DNA from: Paragordius varius
Lineage: Eukaryota > Animalia > Nematomorpha
Assembly (NCBI GenBank): GCA_964247055.1
Contig: OZ176054.1
Span: forward strand, 8,866,001 to 8,930,000
Length of the DNA: 64,000 nucleotides
Direction of reading: 5' to 3'
A program made the translations under genes and the position numbers. Below are positions 25,629 through 38,100 of the stretch, in pieces. Below the pieces are notes generated by a model, which was not told the origin of the DNA, ran no database searches, and worked only from the letters and a program-made list of their open reading frames with translations. Each line of letters opens with the position of its first letter. Position 1 is the first letter of the stretch.

Positions 25629-26339
25629 AGTGTCCATGAACACTTCAAGTTGGTCCTTGAACATTGCAAGTTGGTCCTCGAACACTTCAAGTTGGTTTTT
25701 GAACATTTCAACTTGGTTCTTAAACACTTAAGGTTGGTCCTTGACTTTGTTGTTTTGAACTTTTATCAATCAAATCGTGTATTATTCATCTATTTTATCA
25801 TTTTTAACCTATTTTTTATATTTTACATGAACTTTAAATCACTACATTGATCATTAATTATTCTATAAGATTTTAACATGTGATTAAAAAATATATAAGT
25901 TTTCTATATTATTATTATTTCCAATTTTTCATAAACAATTATAAGATAATATAATTATATATGGAATCAATCAGCAAAAATTATATAATTTATTATAATA
26001 TAATATTTCGATTACTACAAGTAATCTTTGTCAAACGTAAAAATAAAATTAAAATATAAACTAAAATTTAAATTATAAAGTAAAAATATTTAATGAAACT
26101 AAAAAAAACATGTGTGTATTGTTAATAAGAAAAAAATTTGTAATATTATTAAATTTTGTTAAATTGCAAAGTTTAAAACAAAAAAAGGTTTAAATAAAAA
26201 GATTTGTTTTTTAATGAATAAATATATGAAAAATAAAGAAAATTAGGTTAAAAAATAATAAAATAAAAAAATACATGCAAAAATTATGGTTCAATCAAAA
26301 TTTAAAAATAAGGACCGACTTGAATTGTTCAAGGACACT
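25629..26339. mobile_element. MITE-like element with subterminal 21-bp tandem repeats
   Basis: agtgtccatgaacacttcaagttggtcctt (left) is the inverted repeat of aaggaccgacttgaattgttcaaggacact (right). About five 21-bp units tgaacacttcaagttggtcct occur at 25639-25742. No clear TSD. Confidence 0.55.
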
Positions 26340-26413
26340 ATTTGCCCATCTCTGCATTAAATTTGAAATGCTGAAAGGTTATTGTAAAAAATATACTTTA
26401 TATACAGTATGAG

Positions 26414-29400
26414 TAAGGTGACCAGATTATTTGAAGGAAAAAGCGGGACAAATTTGAGAAGGGGGGTAGGTCATTAAGAGGTGCAACCAAAAATCTTTAT
26501 ACAATTTATTGTAATATTTATTTATTTTTAAAACAAATACATTATAAATATAAAAAATTTGTACCTTACAGGTTGTTTTTACCTTATTCAATTAATTTAC
26601 ATGTGCATGAACAAAGGGTGAAGTGATTGTAATATTCTAGAAAAAAATAAAGACGAAATCATCACAAAGTGCGCTGGGTGATGCAAGAGGCGGCACAAAA
26701 AATATTTTTAACAATTTAGCGAATAATCTTAATCAAAACATTATTGGCAGATAGACAACGCTATTCAAACAGCTACTGATTTGTTAGCCCTGGATGTGGA
26801 AAATATAGATGTTAAAAGGCTTGGATATTGTAGAACTGTTGGTTAGCTTTTTTGCCAGCGATTGAAATATTTATAAAAATGTGATTTCCTAGAATCCTAT
26901 TTTTTATCACAGGACAAAGGTCAAAATTCCAAGACAAAAAAGGTTAGAAAATAATTTTATACCATTACCTAATCGCAATATTATAAAGCATCCAGAAAAA
27001 CAAGGCTCAGTAAATATCCAAAATATAAAAATGTTTTATACAAACAGAAACGATTATTTGGAAGACAAGACGGTGCACAATGACACTTTTTTATAAAATC
27101 TCATTATTAAATAAATATTTGAATAAAAACTTATATTATGGACAACAGAAAAAAATACGTAGCATAGAAATGGTTAAAATAATCATTTTTAAACAAATTA
27201 TGTTTCATACAATAATATTTTAATTGTAGAATTTGCATTATCTTTACCTGAACCACTGCTATTGAACGCGTTTTTCCACAGTAAATTAAGTAAGGACACG
27301 GAATCAAATATAAATGTTGAATAAAAGCCATTTTATGTGTTCAAATATAATTTGACAATTTATGAAGACTTATACAATATTTTAAGTAATTTTGTTTATT
27401 TTTAACACAAAAACCTTAAAAAAAATATTTTATTCTTTGGTATATTTTTTGTTTGAGTGAATGCGTTTTAGCAGATTGTCATCATTTTTTAAAATATTGT
27501 AGAAGTCTTCACAAGAATTTGTCAAATTCTATTTGACAGATAAAACGGCCTTTAAAGTTTCAACATTTAAATTTGATTTTTCCGATGTTCACACCTGATT
27601 TACTGTGGAAAAAACTCGCTCAGTAGCAGCGTTGGTTCCAGGTAAAGATAGTGCGAATTCCACAATTTTTAAAATATTATTGTATGTAATATAGTTGGCT
27701 TCAAAATGATGAAATATTTCCAACCATTTCTTTTCTACTGTATATTTTTCTTTTGTCCATAAGTTTTCATTATTAATATATCTTTTAACTAATGATACTT
27801 CAGAAAGATCATTTTCTGAAAGATTACTTTTTAAGATTTTTTGGAACAGATATAATCAAATGATTTTTGAACATCGCACCAATTAAATTCTGATTTTAAT
27901 GTTATCCAATGAAAATGATCAACATTGAATTGCGTCTTCCAGTCTTCCAAATAATTTTTACAGTGTGTATAAAACATTTGTATATGGTACAGGATATCTT
28001 GGCGATTTATTAAGCCTTGTTTTTCTAAATTATTTATTATATTGCAAATGGTTAATGGTATAAAATTATTTTCTAACCGTTCTTGACATTGGAATTTTAG
28101 GTTACTAACTTCATTGGCTACTTCGATTGTCGAAATTTTGTCACCTTCTATAAATTTTTTAACATTTTGAAAGATAGAAGCTTGTAAGAATTCTGACCAT
28201 ATTTTTTAAAAAATCACTTTCAAAAAACTTTTTTAAAGTTGTAGGACATTTGTCCTGTGATAAAAAAAGATTTTAAAGGATCATACATTTTTAAAATTCT
28301 TTCGACTGGCTTAAAAGCTAACCAACGAGTTTTACAATATCCAAGCATTTTTTGATATTGAGCTTTAGCGATTTCACAGAATTCTTTAAGTGTTTCAACA
28401 CGTACCGTGATATATAAAAATAGGAATATATTTTAACAACTACATTTTCCACATCTAGGGGTAATTGTTCCCATCCTTGCTTTTCCACCGAAGTTCGTAT
28501 TGGTGTTGTCAGCGCAATATGCGATGATTTTGTTTTGTCTTTTAAATTATTTTTTTCTAGAATAATGATTATTAAAGTAAAAATTATGTCGGAATTTTCA
28601 CCGTGTGGAGAAATTAAACTAAAATTTAATTTTTACGGTTTCTGATCAAAAAATCTTATTAAAGTGGGAAATTTTGTTACCTTGTGATTTGATGCATCAG
28701 AGTATAGCGATATGATTTAATTTTCAACGAATCTTTTCGTATCTCAGAAAATGCATGTGGCGAAAGGACATTGCATAAGAAGGCTTCAGCCTTCGTACGG
28801 GCACATGTAATTTTTTTATTAAATAAGGTACAAATAACCTGTGAGGTACAATCCATAGATCTAAAGGAATGATTGTGATTAACGGCGTGAAAAGAGAACA
28901 CACCCTCAGCTAGTGCCAAATTCTTTTCTTTCTCTCCGAAAGCGGTTTTTTGAAAAAAACGCTCATTTTGTAAGATGATGCCGCCATATCTAAACATTTT
29001 TTATGTTTCTGTTTCCATATGCTTATCATGCTTGCCGCCATGTGCTAGGGTGAATTCCCCCTCGCATATAAGACATTTAAAAGAAAAATCTTTCATTAAT
29101 TCATCGTTTAATTTACAACCTCTTTTTGTGCTCATATTAATAAACTACTATTAGTATAATAAATATTATATTACCTTAATTTTCTGGAATAAACGTGTAA
29201 GGTCCCGATTTGTGGTATCAATATGTCTTTTACTCTTTTGTGGTATTAACTTGGCTTTTTGATAATGATGACAGTAGTAGTAGTAGGAAGGAAAGTGTAT
29301 AATCATATGATATAAATTCGAAAAAAAATATTTTTAATCTAAAAATAAAAAATTTTAATTTAAAATTTATATAGATTTTAAAGATATTTAATGATAAAAA

Positions 29401-29514
29401 AATTTATTTGTATAAAAAAAAATTTTTTTATATAATCGTGAAAAAGCGGGACATTTTAAAAACGTAGCGGGACGCGAGACAAAGTGTGAAAAAGCGGGAC
29501 GTCTGGTCACCTTA
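26414..29514 (-). mobile_element. hAT (Blackjack-like) DNA transposon, decayed transposase, both ends and TSD intact
   Basis: TIR taaggtgaccag...ctggtcacctta, with 8-bp TSD AGTATGAG at 26406-26413 and 29515-29522. Minus-strand peptides: HNHSFRSMDCTS..CARTKAEA, YCADNTNTNFGG, CKTRWL and LPGTNAATERVFS. Confidence 0.92.
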
Positions 29515-30823
29515 AGTATGAGTAAGTATATATTGCTAGAAAGTTATTATTGCCAAATAGCATATGCAACTAAGGGCAGTACTATTGGCTTAAGTTGTTT
29601 TTTTCAATTTTTATTAATATTTGTCAATAATTATTCTCTTTGTTGCATATGCTATTTGGCAATAATTAATAACTTTCTAGCGATATATACTTGCTCCTAC
29701 TGTAATATTTGTAAATTTTAAAATTAAAACATTAAAATATATAAATGATTGTTTTTAAAGCTGTTTTAAGTTTTATTATTATTTATAGAAGGGTGTAAAA
29801 TAACACTAGACAATAAATGGCTTTTTACATTTTTAAAAACCTCAAACTTATTTCATTTAGTGCAAAAAGAGCAAATATGGAAATCCATTTTTTTAATTTA
29901 AGTAAAATATTTATTAAATTTTTTTATATATAATAGTATAGAAGCCATAACACGGTGACAGCAAAAAAACTGTTTTATTATTAAATAGCTAAAAGCTTTC
30001 GGATAAATAACGATATGTGTGCGTGTATTACACTAGATAAATAGTTTTTCATTTTTTACTTTTACTCAAATTAAAAATCTCATATTTATCCCTCATTAGG
30101 TTAAATTGAGATTAATACAGCGGAAGCAAATTTATATGTTAATAAGTAGGAGAGTCATAAATGCAAAATATTTCCAATACATTTCTCAGAAAATCTTTGA
30201 AAGACAGACATACAGATATTAAAGCTAAAAATTGCTGGCCTCAATTTTGAATTAAATAACTTGTTATAATGGGGAAAAAATTGAATTTTAATATAATCAT
30301 ATATTTACTATCTATATAGAGTTTACCCAATGTATCGTGGTAAATGAATTGAGCCTTATATAAAAAACTTTTTATTACTTTGAACCAAAGCCGAAGTAGT
30401 GTAAAGTTTTTTGCAAATATCCAATAAATATTTAAACACTTTTCATATACAAATTGTAGCGGAACATAATGTGTATTATCACAATATATTAATTTAAGGG
30501 ATTTTATATTCGAAAATTTTGTTAAAATTTAGATGCCATTTTGGCTTTTGATCCCGGATTTGGGGTATCATAATTCGTTAAATTAAAAAAATTGAGTTGG
30601 TAGAAGTTTTTCCTGCAGGGTGTATAGAAAAAGTATTAGATGCACTACTTCCTTTTTGGTAATTATAGAGAGTCTTTTATTATTTAGGATCTTAAGCACG
30701 ATATATTCTATATCACAGTGCACGATCAATAAGAGAAAAAATATATTTGATAGGCAAATGTATCAGGATTTTTTTGGTAATTTGGTTTTGGACGAGTTAT
30801 ATCAAAAAGTTAGCAAAGCTTTT

Positions 30824-31806
30824 GGGTGAGGGGATAAAAATCTATTTTGACTTGACTTGCAAGTTTTGTCATGGCTTGCTTTCATGTGATAAAAAATTTA
30901 ACATTAGTTGATTCGGAGGTGACAAAAAATCATATGATCAAGTAAAACTTATAGATTTTTCAAGTGTGGTGTAGGTCACACTTGACAGATTTTTAAATAT
31001 AAATAAAATTATTTGGGAAACTATATTTGGGTGTAATTTAAGCTTTGAATGTAATTAAAACCTTTGTTAATGATATAAATTTTTTATCTGATAAATTTTG
31101 GCTAATTAACATACTCAAATTGGGTGGATACAAAAGCGGATGATTTTTTAGAAAAACTTTGCTAAGAATGCATATAAAAATAGGCTAAATATATCGATTC
31201 CGTGAATCCGCAAAAAAATTAGTAAATTAAAATTAAATATTAATCTTTTAAAAATTTCAATCTTCGTTTAATAAACGCAAAAGGTTACTTGACTATTAAA
31301 CTAATACTAAAGAATTTATTTCATCATATATTTATTTCGAATGTAATATTGATAATCAATAATAATTATATGATCTATTGTATAAACATCTTCCCATTAT
31401 ATTTGCATATGGACTACTAACAAATGAGTAGTGTGGTAAAATAATAGAGAGTGTTTTAAGACCGAATAGTTTGATCAACTTAAAAATTATTACCGGGCTT
31501 AATATTTAGAAAAATCTATAATATTAAATAAGATACGCATCAGTGAGTAAGAGAAACTTCAATAAATGCATATTGTATTAACTGTTTATCTTTTTGTGCC
31601 TTATTTAATAAATTTTGGCCGAAAATGATCAAAATATTTTCCTAAAATTCGAATTGAGTGGCAAATAAATGTTACATTCATAAGCAAAAGACTTGACTTA
31701 GGTGTTTTTTAATAACCGATCTTCAAGTGTGTACTTGTTGGCTTAAGTAAACTTGCTTGCCACGCTTGACTTACAAGTCAAGTGCGACTTTTTTATCAAC
31801 ACACCC
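30824..31806. mobile_element. MITE-like element with GGGTG termini
   Basis: gggtgaggggataaaaatc...cttgacttgcaag versus cttgacttacaagtcaag..gactttttatcaacacaccc. TTT flanks on both sides could be a 3-bp TSD. Confidence 0.45.
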
Positions 31807-32244
31807 TTTGTGGTAACGGCGCCACACCAGATGGCCAAATTAACACACATTTTGCTAAATAAATTTTTTTATTTAACGCTAAATGCTTTATTCCAATTAC
31901 ATTAAATATATCATAAACATATAAATACATTTTTTAAATAAATTTTATATTCTAGTGGGCACCGAAAGTCTTCATTTTTTGACCCGAAATGGGCAAGTTT
32001 TCTCAAAATAATTGCAAATCTAATATTGCGCGAAAAAATATAAATATAAACTGCTTACAAAATCGGGGATATAAAAATATTTTGATAATATTTATATATA
32101 ATGGATAAATTTATCATAATTTTCATGGTGGTTTTGGTGCTTATGAGCGATATAAGAAAGTTGTTGTCACTTTTTTAGTGACTGCTAAATATAAAAAATG
32201 GCAAAATTCGTTATTAATATTTTTAGTCAAAGTTAAATGTACTA

Positions 32245-32835
32245 TTAACACTTCGATTCAAATTGGGGAATTTAAATACCCCAGACTAAATTTAAATTAA
32301 ATTTTTTTAAAAAACTACTGAAGGAAACGGTCCCAATTTAAATTTATGCTTCTATCCTGATAAATATTATATAAATATGCCAAAATATCTTGATAAAATT
32401 TAGTTTTGAAAAAAAAGTTCCACCTCAAACTACTTCGACGCCATTTTTATTTTACAAACATTTTGCAAAATATCGTCTTCATTTAATTGTAAGGGTAAAA
32501 CTAAAGCTTATTTTTTATATAAATTACATCTAACATTGATAGAAATAGAAAAAGCTGTTTATTTTGTATTATTTTTGAATTTTACCATTGCACGCATGTC
32601 ACGTGGGCTAAATTTTTACCTTTCGTTGTTAGCTTAAAATTAGTAACATCAGGTATTTTTGAATAAAATTTTTTATATATTTCGGTTTATTAATGTTATA
32701 TAAGTGCAAAAATTTGCCATGGTTTCGATTGCTTTCATACTTTTTCAACTATTTTATTTTAAACAGGCCTGGGGTATCCAACTACCCCAATTTGAATCGA
32801 AGGACTAAAATGAGTGTGTTGTATCCAAATGTTAA
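32245..32835. mobile_element. TTAA piggyBac-like MITE, family A
   Basis: ttaa-cacttcgattcaaattgggg ... gtatccaaatg-ttaa, in opposite orientation to the 8589 copy. Confidence 0.85.
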
Positions 32836-33789
32836 AAGCAAAAAGTTCATATCTTGAATTGTAGATCTGCTATGATAGTTTCACTGGATACCTGGCCATA
32901 TTAGGCATGTTGTATTATAAAGGAAAAAGACCAGGTTGTGCTATGAAAAATTTAAGTATGTATATTACATGAATAAATGTTTTTTTCCAAAAAATGGATA
33001 TTTTGGCTAAAAGTTTTGCGAGTATAATTTTTTGCACATGATTGCAAGGTCATAATACGGTTAAAGATATTATGGTTTTAACATAAATTTGAAGACGAAG
33101 CGAATTATTTAATGAAAAGTCCAAGGTAATAGAAATATGCATTATGGAATTATTAAAATAACCTATGGCCCTTTTTAGCTATGCGTCAAAACACAATAAA
33201 ACTCGCTAGCCAAAATTTTGCTAAAAATTAAATTTTAAAGAAATCCATGGGAAAAACTTTTTTGATGTCAAAATTTAACATACATTTAAAATAAAGCGCA
33301 TCTCGGAGTTTTTCCTTATTTTAACACTTTATTATGTGGGTAGTCGTATGACCCAGAGCAATTTAAAATTTAAGTTTACAATGTATTTATAACTTGCCAA
33401 ACAAACACCATACAAATACTCAATTTTCCGACAGAAAATATATATTTCATCATAATTTTTTTGTATGATATGTAATCTACATTAAGTAGCCAAGTAAAAA
33501 AGTATAGCGCCAAAGTGTCTGAGCCTATCCTTAATCTCTTCCCGCAAGTAACGCATTGCAGATTCGGGCGAACACACGCATTCGGCGTTTGTCTTACTTA
33601 TTAGGATCTGGTAACATAAAAACCCACTATTTTAGGTGTATTATGTGCGCTAAATATAGTGGAAGATGCTTGTTGTGTAATATACAGATATTATTTAAAA
33701 AAATTGGAGACTCATATAAGTACTTAAATTAACTTAACTTTACAGAAGTGCCTAAAAATATTCATATGCAATAGTATCCATTCGCTAAA

Positions 33790-35082
33790 ATGGATGCTTC
33801 AACTTCAAATACTTATTTAAAACTTGATGATACAAAAGCGGGCATGAAACTCCTAAATAAAGAGGAGATAAATAAGGTATTTAGTTACATAATCATATTA
33901 AAAAATACTAATTATTATTATTATATATTATTTTCATATTTTAGAAAATTATTGAGGCATCCAAGGGCTCATCATATTATGAAACTCAGTTAAAAAAATC
34001 CAACAATTTACAGAAAAGGATACAGCAACAAAAAAGTTTTTTATCTAAATGTGATAAGTTGCAATATCGTGCTGCCAATTTAAAAGTATCATTTTATTCT
34101 ATTAAGATGGAAAAACTACATAAATCCTTAATACCAAAACAAAATTTGGACCAAATTTTTATGCATATTGATTTGGATGCGTTTTTTGCTGCTTGTGAGA
34201 TGCGTGATGATCCTAAATTATATTCTTTACCAGTCGCTGTTGGATCTATGCAAATGATTGTATATCTGCTTAAAAAATATATTATCTTAATATATCTGTT
34301 GTTTGCCTCCTTTTACATATTGTTTTATTACATTTATAATAAATATTTTTTTAAATAATTACATTTTATACTCTATTTTCTATTTATATAACAGTCAACC
34401 TCAAATTATATTGCGCGAAAATATGGAGTGCGAGCCGCAATGCCAGGTTTTATTGGAAAAAAGTTATGCCCTCAGCTTAAACTTATTTCTCACGATATTC
34501 AGAAATATCGAGAAACATCTTCTGCCTTTTTTGACATCTTAAAACTCTATGTAAAATCTTATAGTTCTGGAGGTCTTGATGAAGCTTATTGTAATTTAAC
34601 CAATTACATGCGTAAAAGATCAGAAAATGAATTGTCATTAAAGTTTACATATAAAAGAAAATGTTTGTGTTTTTGCCATACCAACCCCTTAAATCAACAT
34701 AATAATAATAATCCAAAATCTAATCAACCTGATCATACTAATATTTCACATTTGGCTTGTAATAACGATCTTTTTGCTTGCAGTTGTCGGTTTGTGAAAA
34801 AGGATGAAAGAAACATTTATGATTTACCTGGATGTATTATAGCTAAACAAGGTATGCATTTTTCACACAATAATAATTAACAACCTAAAAGCCCTTTTTT
34901 CTGTTTGTAAGGTTTTTTGGTAATAAAAATTACACTCATAATAATTTTATAGAATTAATTGAATATACCCAAACATATGGCAATAGTATAGCAGAAACGG
35001 CGAAAGAAATTCGACATCGTATATTTGAAGCTTCTGGAGTAACATGTAGCATTGGTAATTCATAAATAATTATTTATTTATT

Positions 35083-35123
<41 letters not shown>

Positions 35124-38100
35124 CAAAATTATATCATTAATTTTTAGGTATTGCGCCAACACACCAGTTAGCTAAAATATGTAGTGATATGGATAAACCA
35201 AATGGTCAATTTATATTGTTGCCAAATGATAATGATGTTTTACAAAAATTTATAGGCGATACCCCTATCAATAAAGTATATATTAATCGGTTTGAATCAT
35301 TTAACATTTGAAATTTTTGTTTTAATGTTTTGAAAGAAATTATTTCGTGCTAATTTTAGTTACAGGAATGTTAATGAAAAAAAACGCTAAATTGATAAAA
35401 TTTGTCATTATTATTATAAATTTTGATAGATAAATGGAATTGGTAAGGTAACTTCAGCCCTATTAAATGCTTTAGGGATTGAAAAATGTCGTGATATTTG
35501 GACGCATAGGGCTAAAATTGCCCTTCTTTACTCCGACATATTTTGTCGTTTTGTATTGTCAGTCTATTTGGGTGGTGTATCGCGAACCCAATCTAATAGC
35601 GTAGATAAATCAAATGATGGACCCTCAGACAATGAAGATTCTGATGACGTTGATGGTAGATGAAATTTTAAAATTTATTATGTATTAATAATATAATTAA
35701 TATTACTTGCAAATATTGTAAAAAAGAAGAATTTTTGATCTTTATTGATCTTTATACGCTATTTTCTCGTTTCATAGGAGGTAAGCCTGTTATAGTTTTC
35801 CATTCCATTCTGTTTACTGCTTGTTCGATTTTTATATTGAGAAAATATTGGTCTTCTTGAATAGTGGATTGCCAGGTTTTATAAGGTCTACCTTTTTTGT
35901 TGTTGTATAAGACTGTTTAAGCATTATCTAGTTTGTTGAGCTCTGTGGGTGTGACCAGCTCAACGCAAACGGTATTCACGGATAGCTGTATTAATTGGTT
36001 TAAATTAGAGTTTGATAGGGGCAAAATATGGCTTAGAAATTGTAAATGTTATGTCTTGTTTTCATCGCACATTAATTTGGTTTTCGATGTATTCATTTTT
36101 CCGAATTTACTTAGGGTATCCTGCCTTTAATTTTTCCATTAATTCCGTTGATGTGGCGCATAATATTAAGACAAGCGTACAAAAGTTCAAAGACCTTGTC
36201 GGATGTTTTTTGTGATTTCCTCCATAATTAGGATGAATAAAAGGGGAGTATAGAGCCTTGGTGTAGGCCATTTTCAAGTGGGATGGATTTCTATTGCCAA
36301 CGCTTGTACGGATCACTTTTGATGTGTTTTTATGCTTCTATTATTTGTATCATATTTTCATCTATACATTGCCTTCTGAGCGACCAAGCAATCAGGTTTG
36401 CGTGACTGATTTAAAAGCTTGTTCCATGTCTACAAACGCATAGTGGAGAGGGAGATTTCTCAGGTGATCATTTTGTATTGCTTCTATCCCCTTGTTTTTT
36501 GAAAATCCACATGTAATCTATGCTGCAGTGTCGACGGATTCAATTGGCTAACAGATTTTCAAAGATTTTAAGACCATGTTCTAAGATGCGTATGGGACGA
36601 AAGTTGGAAACATTAAAACGGTTTTTTTGCCCTTATAAATTGGGACTGTATCGCTTTCCAGCCAATCAGTGGGTAATCTATTGCTATCTTGTTGGCAAAA
36701 TTTTTAAAATATTCTACAAATAAATTTTGATCTAGGGCTTCAAATACTTCATTCGTGAGTTCCGATAAACCTGGGCATTTATTATTCAGATTTTTTAAAC
36801 AAAATTTTTAATTCATCATTTGTCAATGGTTGAAATAAAGAATATATTGGGTGAGGTTTGTGATTTTCATGGGTATTTTTGGTTATTAAAAATATTAAAA
36901 AGTGCTTATACTATGTGGTTTTTATAATTTCGGCATCTTGGGTTATACCATTATCGGCTAATCGTATTGCAGTTTTTTCGGTTTTAATATTAATATCATG
37001 TTTAACCCATCTATATGCAGATTGGGAAGATATAGCATTTTCTAATTCTTTGCCCTTTTCTTTGCCCATTTTTCTCATTGATTCTCTGATCGCTTTACGG
37101 CAATCTTTCTTAGTTTGAATATAATTCATTCACTTTTCTCTTTTTTCCATTTTTGGAAAGCAGATTTCTTTTTCTTAATTATATCTATTAGGGATATTTG
37201 CCACCACCATTTAAATTTTTTATTAGATTTCATTCTGCCAACATTTTTCTCTAACGATTTAATGCAGCTATTTTAAAAGAATTCCAAAGGCATTCCGGAG
37301 ACGTGGTTTTTAATTTAAGGGAATTTTCCGTGTCGAATTTCAATTTATGCTTTCCAAAAATGGAAAAAGAGAAAAGTGCTGACGATAAAATAAAATATAT
37401 TTAAACCAAGAAAGATTGCCGTAAAACGATCAGAGAATCAATGAGAAAAATGGGTGAAGAAAAGGCCAAAGAATTAGAAAAAGCTATGTATTTCCAATCT
37501 GCATTTAGATGGTTCAAACATGATAATAATATTAAAACCGAAACAACTGTAATACGATTAGCCGATAATAATATAAACCACGAGGCCCAAATTATAAAAA
37601 CCACATGGTATAATCACTTTATTAATATTTTTAATAAATCAAAAATACCCATGGAAATCACAAACCCTCACCCAATATATTCTTCTTCCATATTTAACGT
37701 TTAAATATAAAAATCTGGCCCAAGATAACTAGAATAAATTAATAAGTTTAATTTGTGCTTTTTAAAAAAATTTTAATGAATAAAAGGGGTAGCTACTTCA
37801 TATCGAAGGTACCATATTGATTTTCAATTGAATACATAGATATTTGATGTCAATTATATTAGAGGAAATAATATATTCCTATATCATTTTTTTAAAATTA
37901 ACAATCATTTCACATTGTTGCTAGATATGATGTATGGGAGTGGTCGAAAATCAATTGGAATCGAAAGAACTTTAAATTGCATGGATGTTCGGAGTGAAAC
38001 TGAACGCATATATGAGATTTGTCACAAATTATGCCAAAAACTTAGTGAGGATTTAAAAGAACGCGGAATAGCTGGATCAGTGTTGACCGTTAAAATGAAA

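Noticed and set aside
25639-25742. 21-bp repeats and the 77-aa HFKLVLE-repeat ORF as a CRISPR array or repeat protein
   Set aside because: The units are directly adjacent with no unique spacers, the context is eukaryotic, and one unit is mirrored at 26311-26339, indicating subterminal repeats of a MITE.
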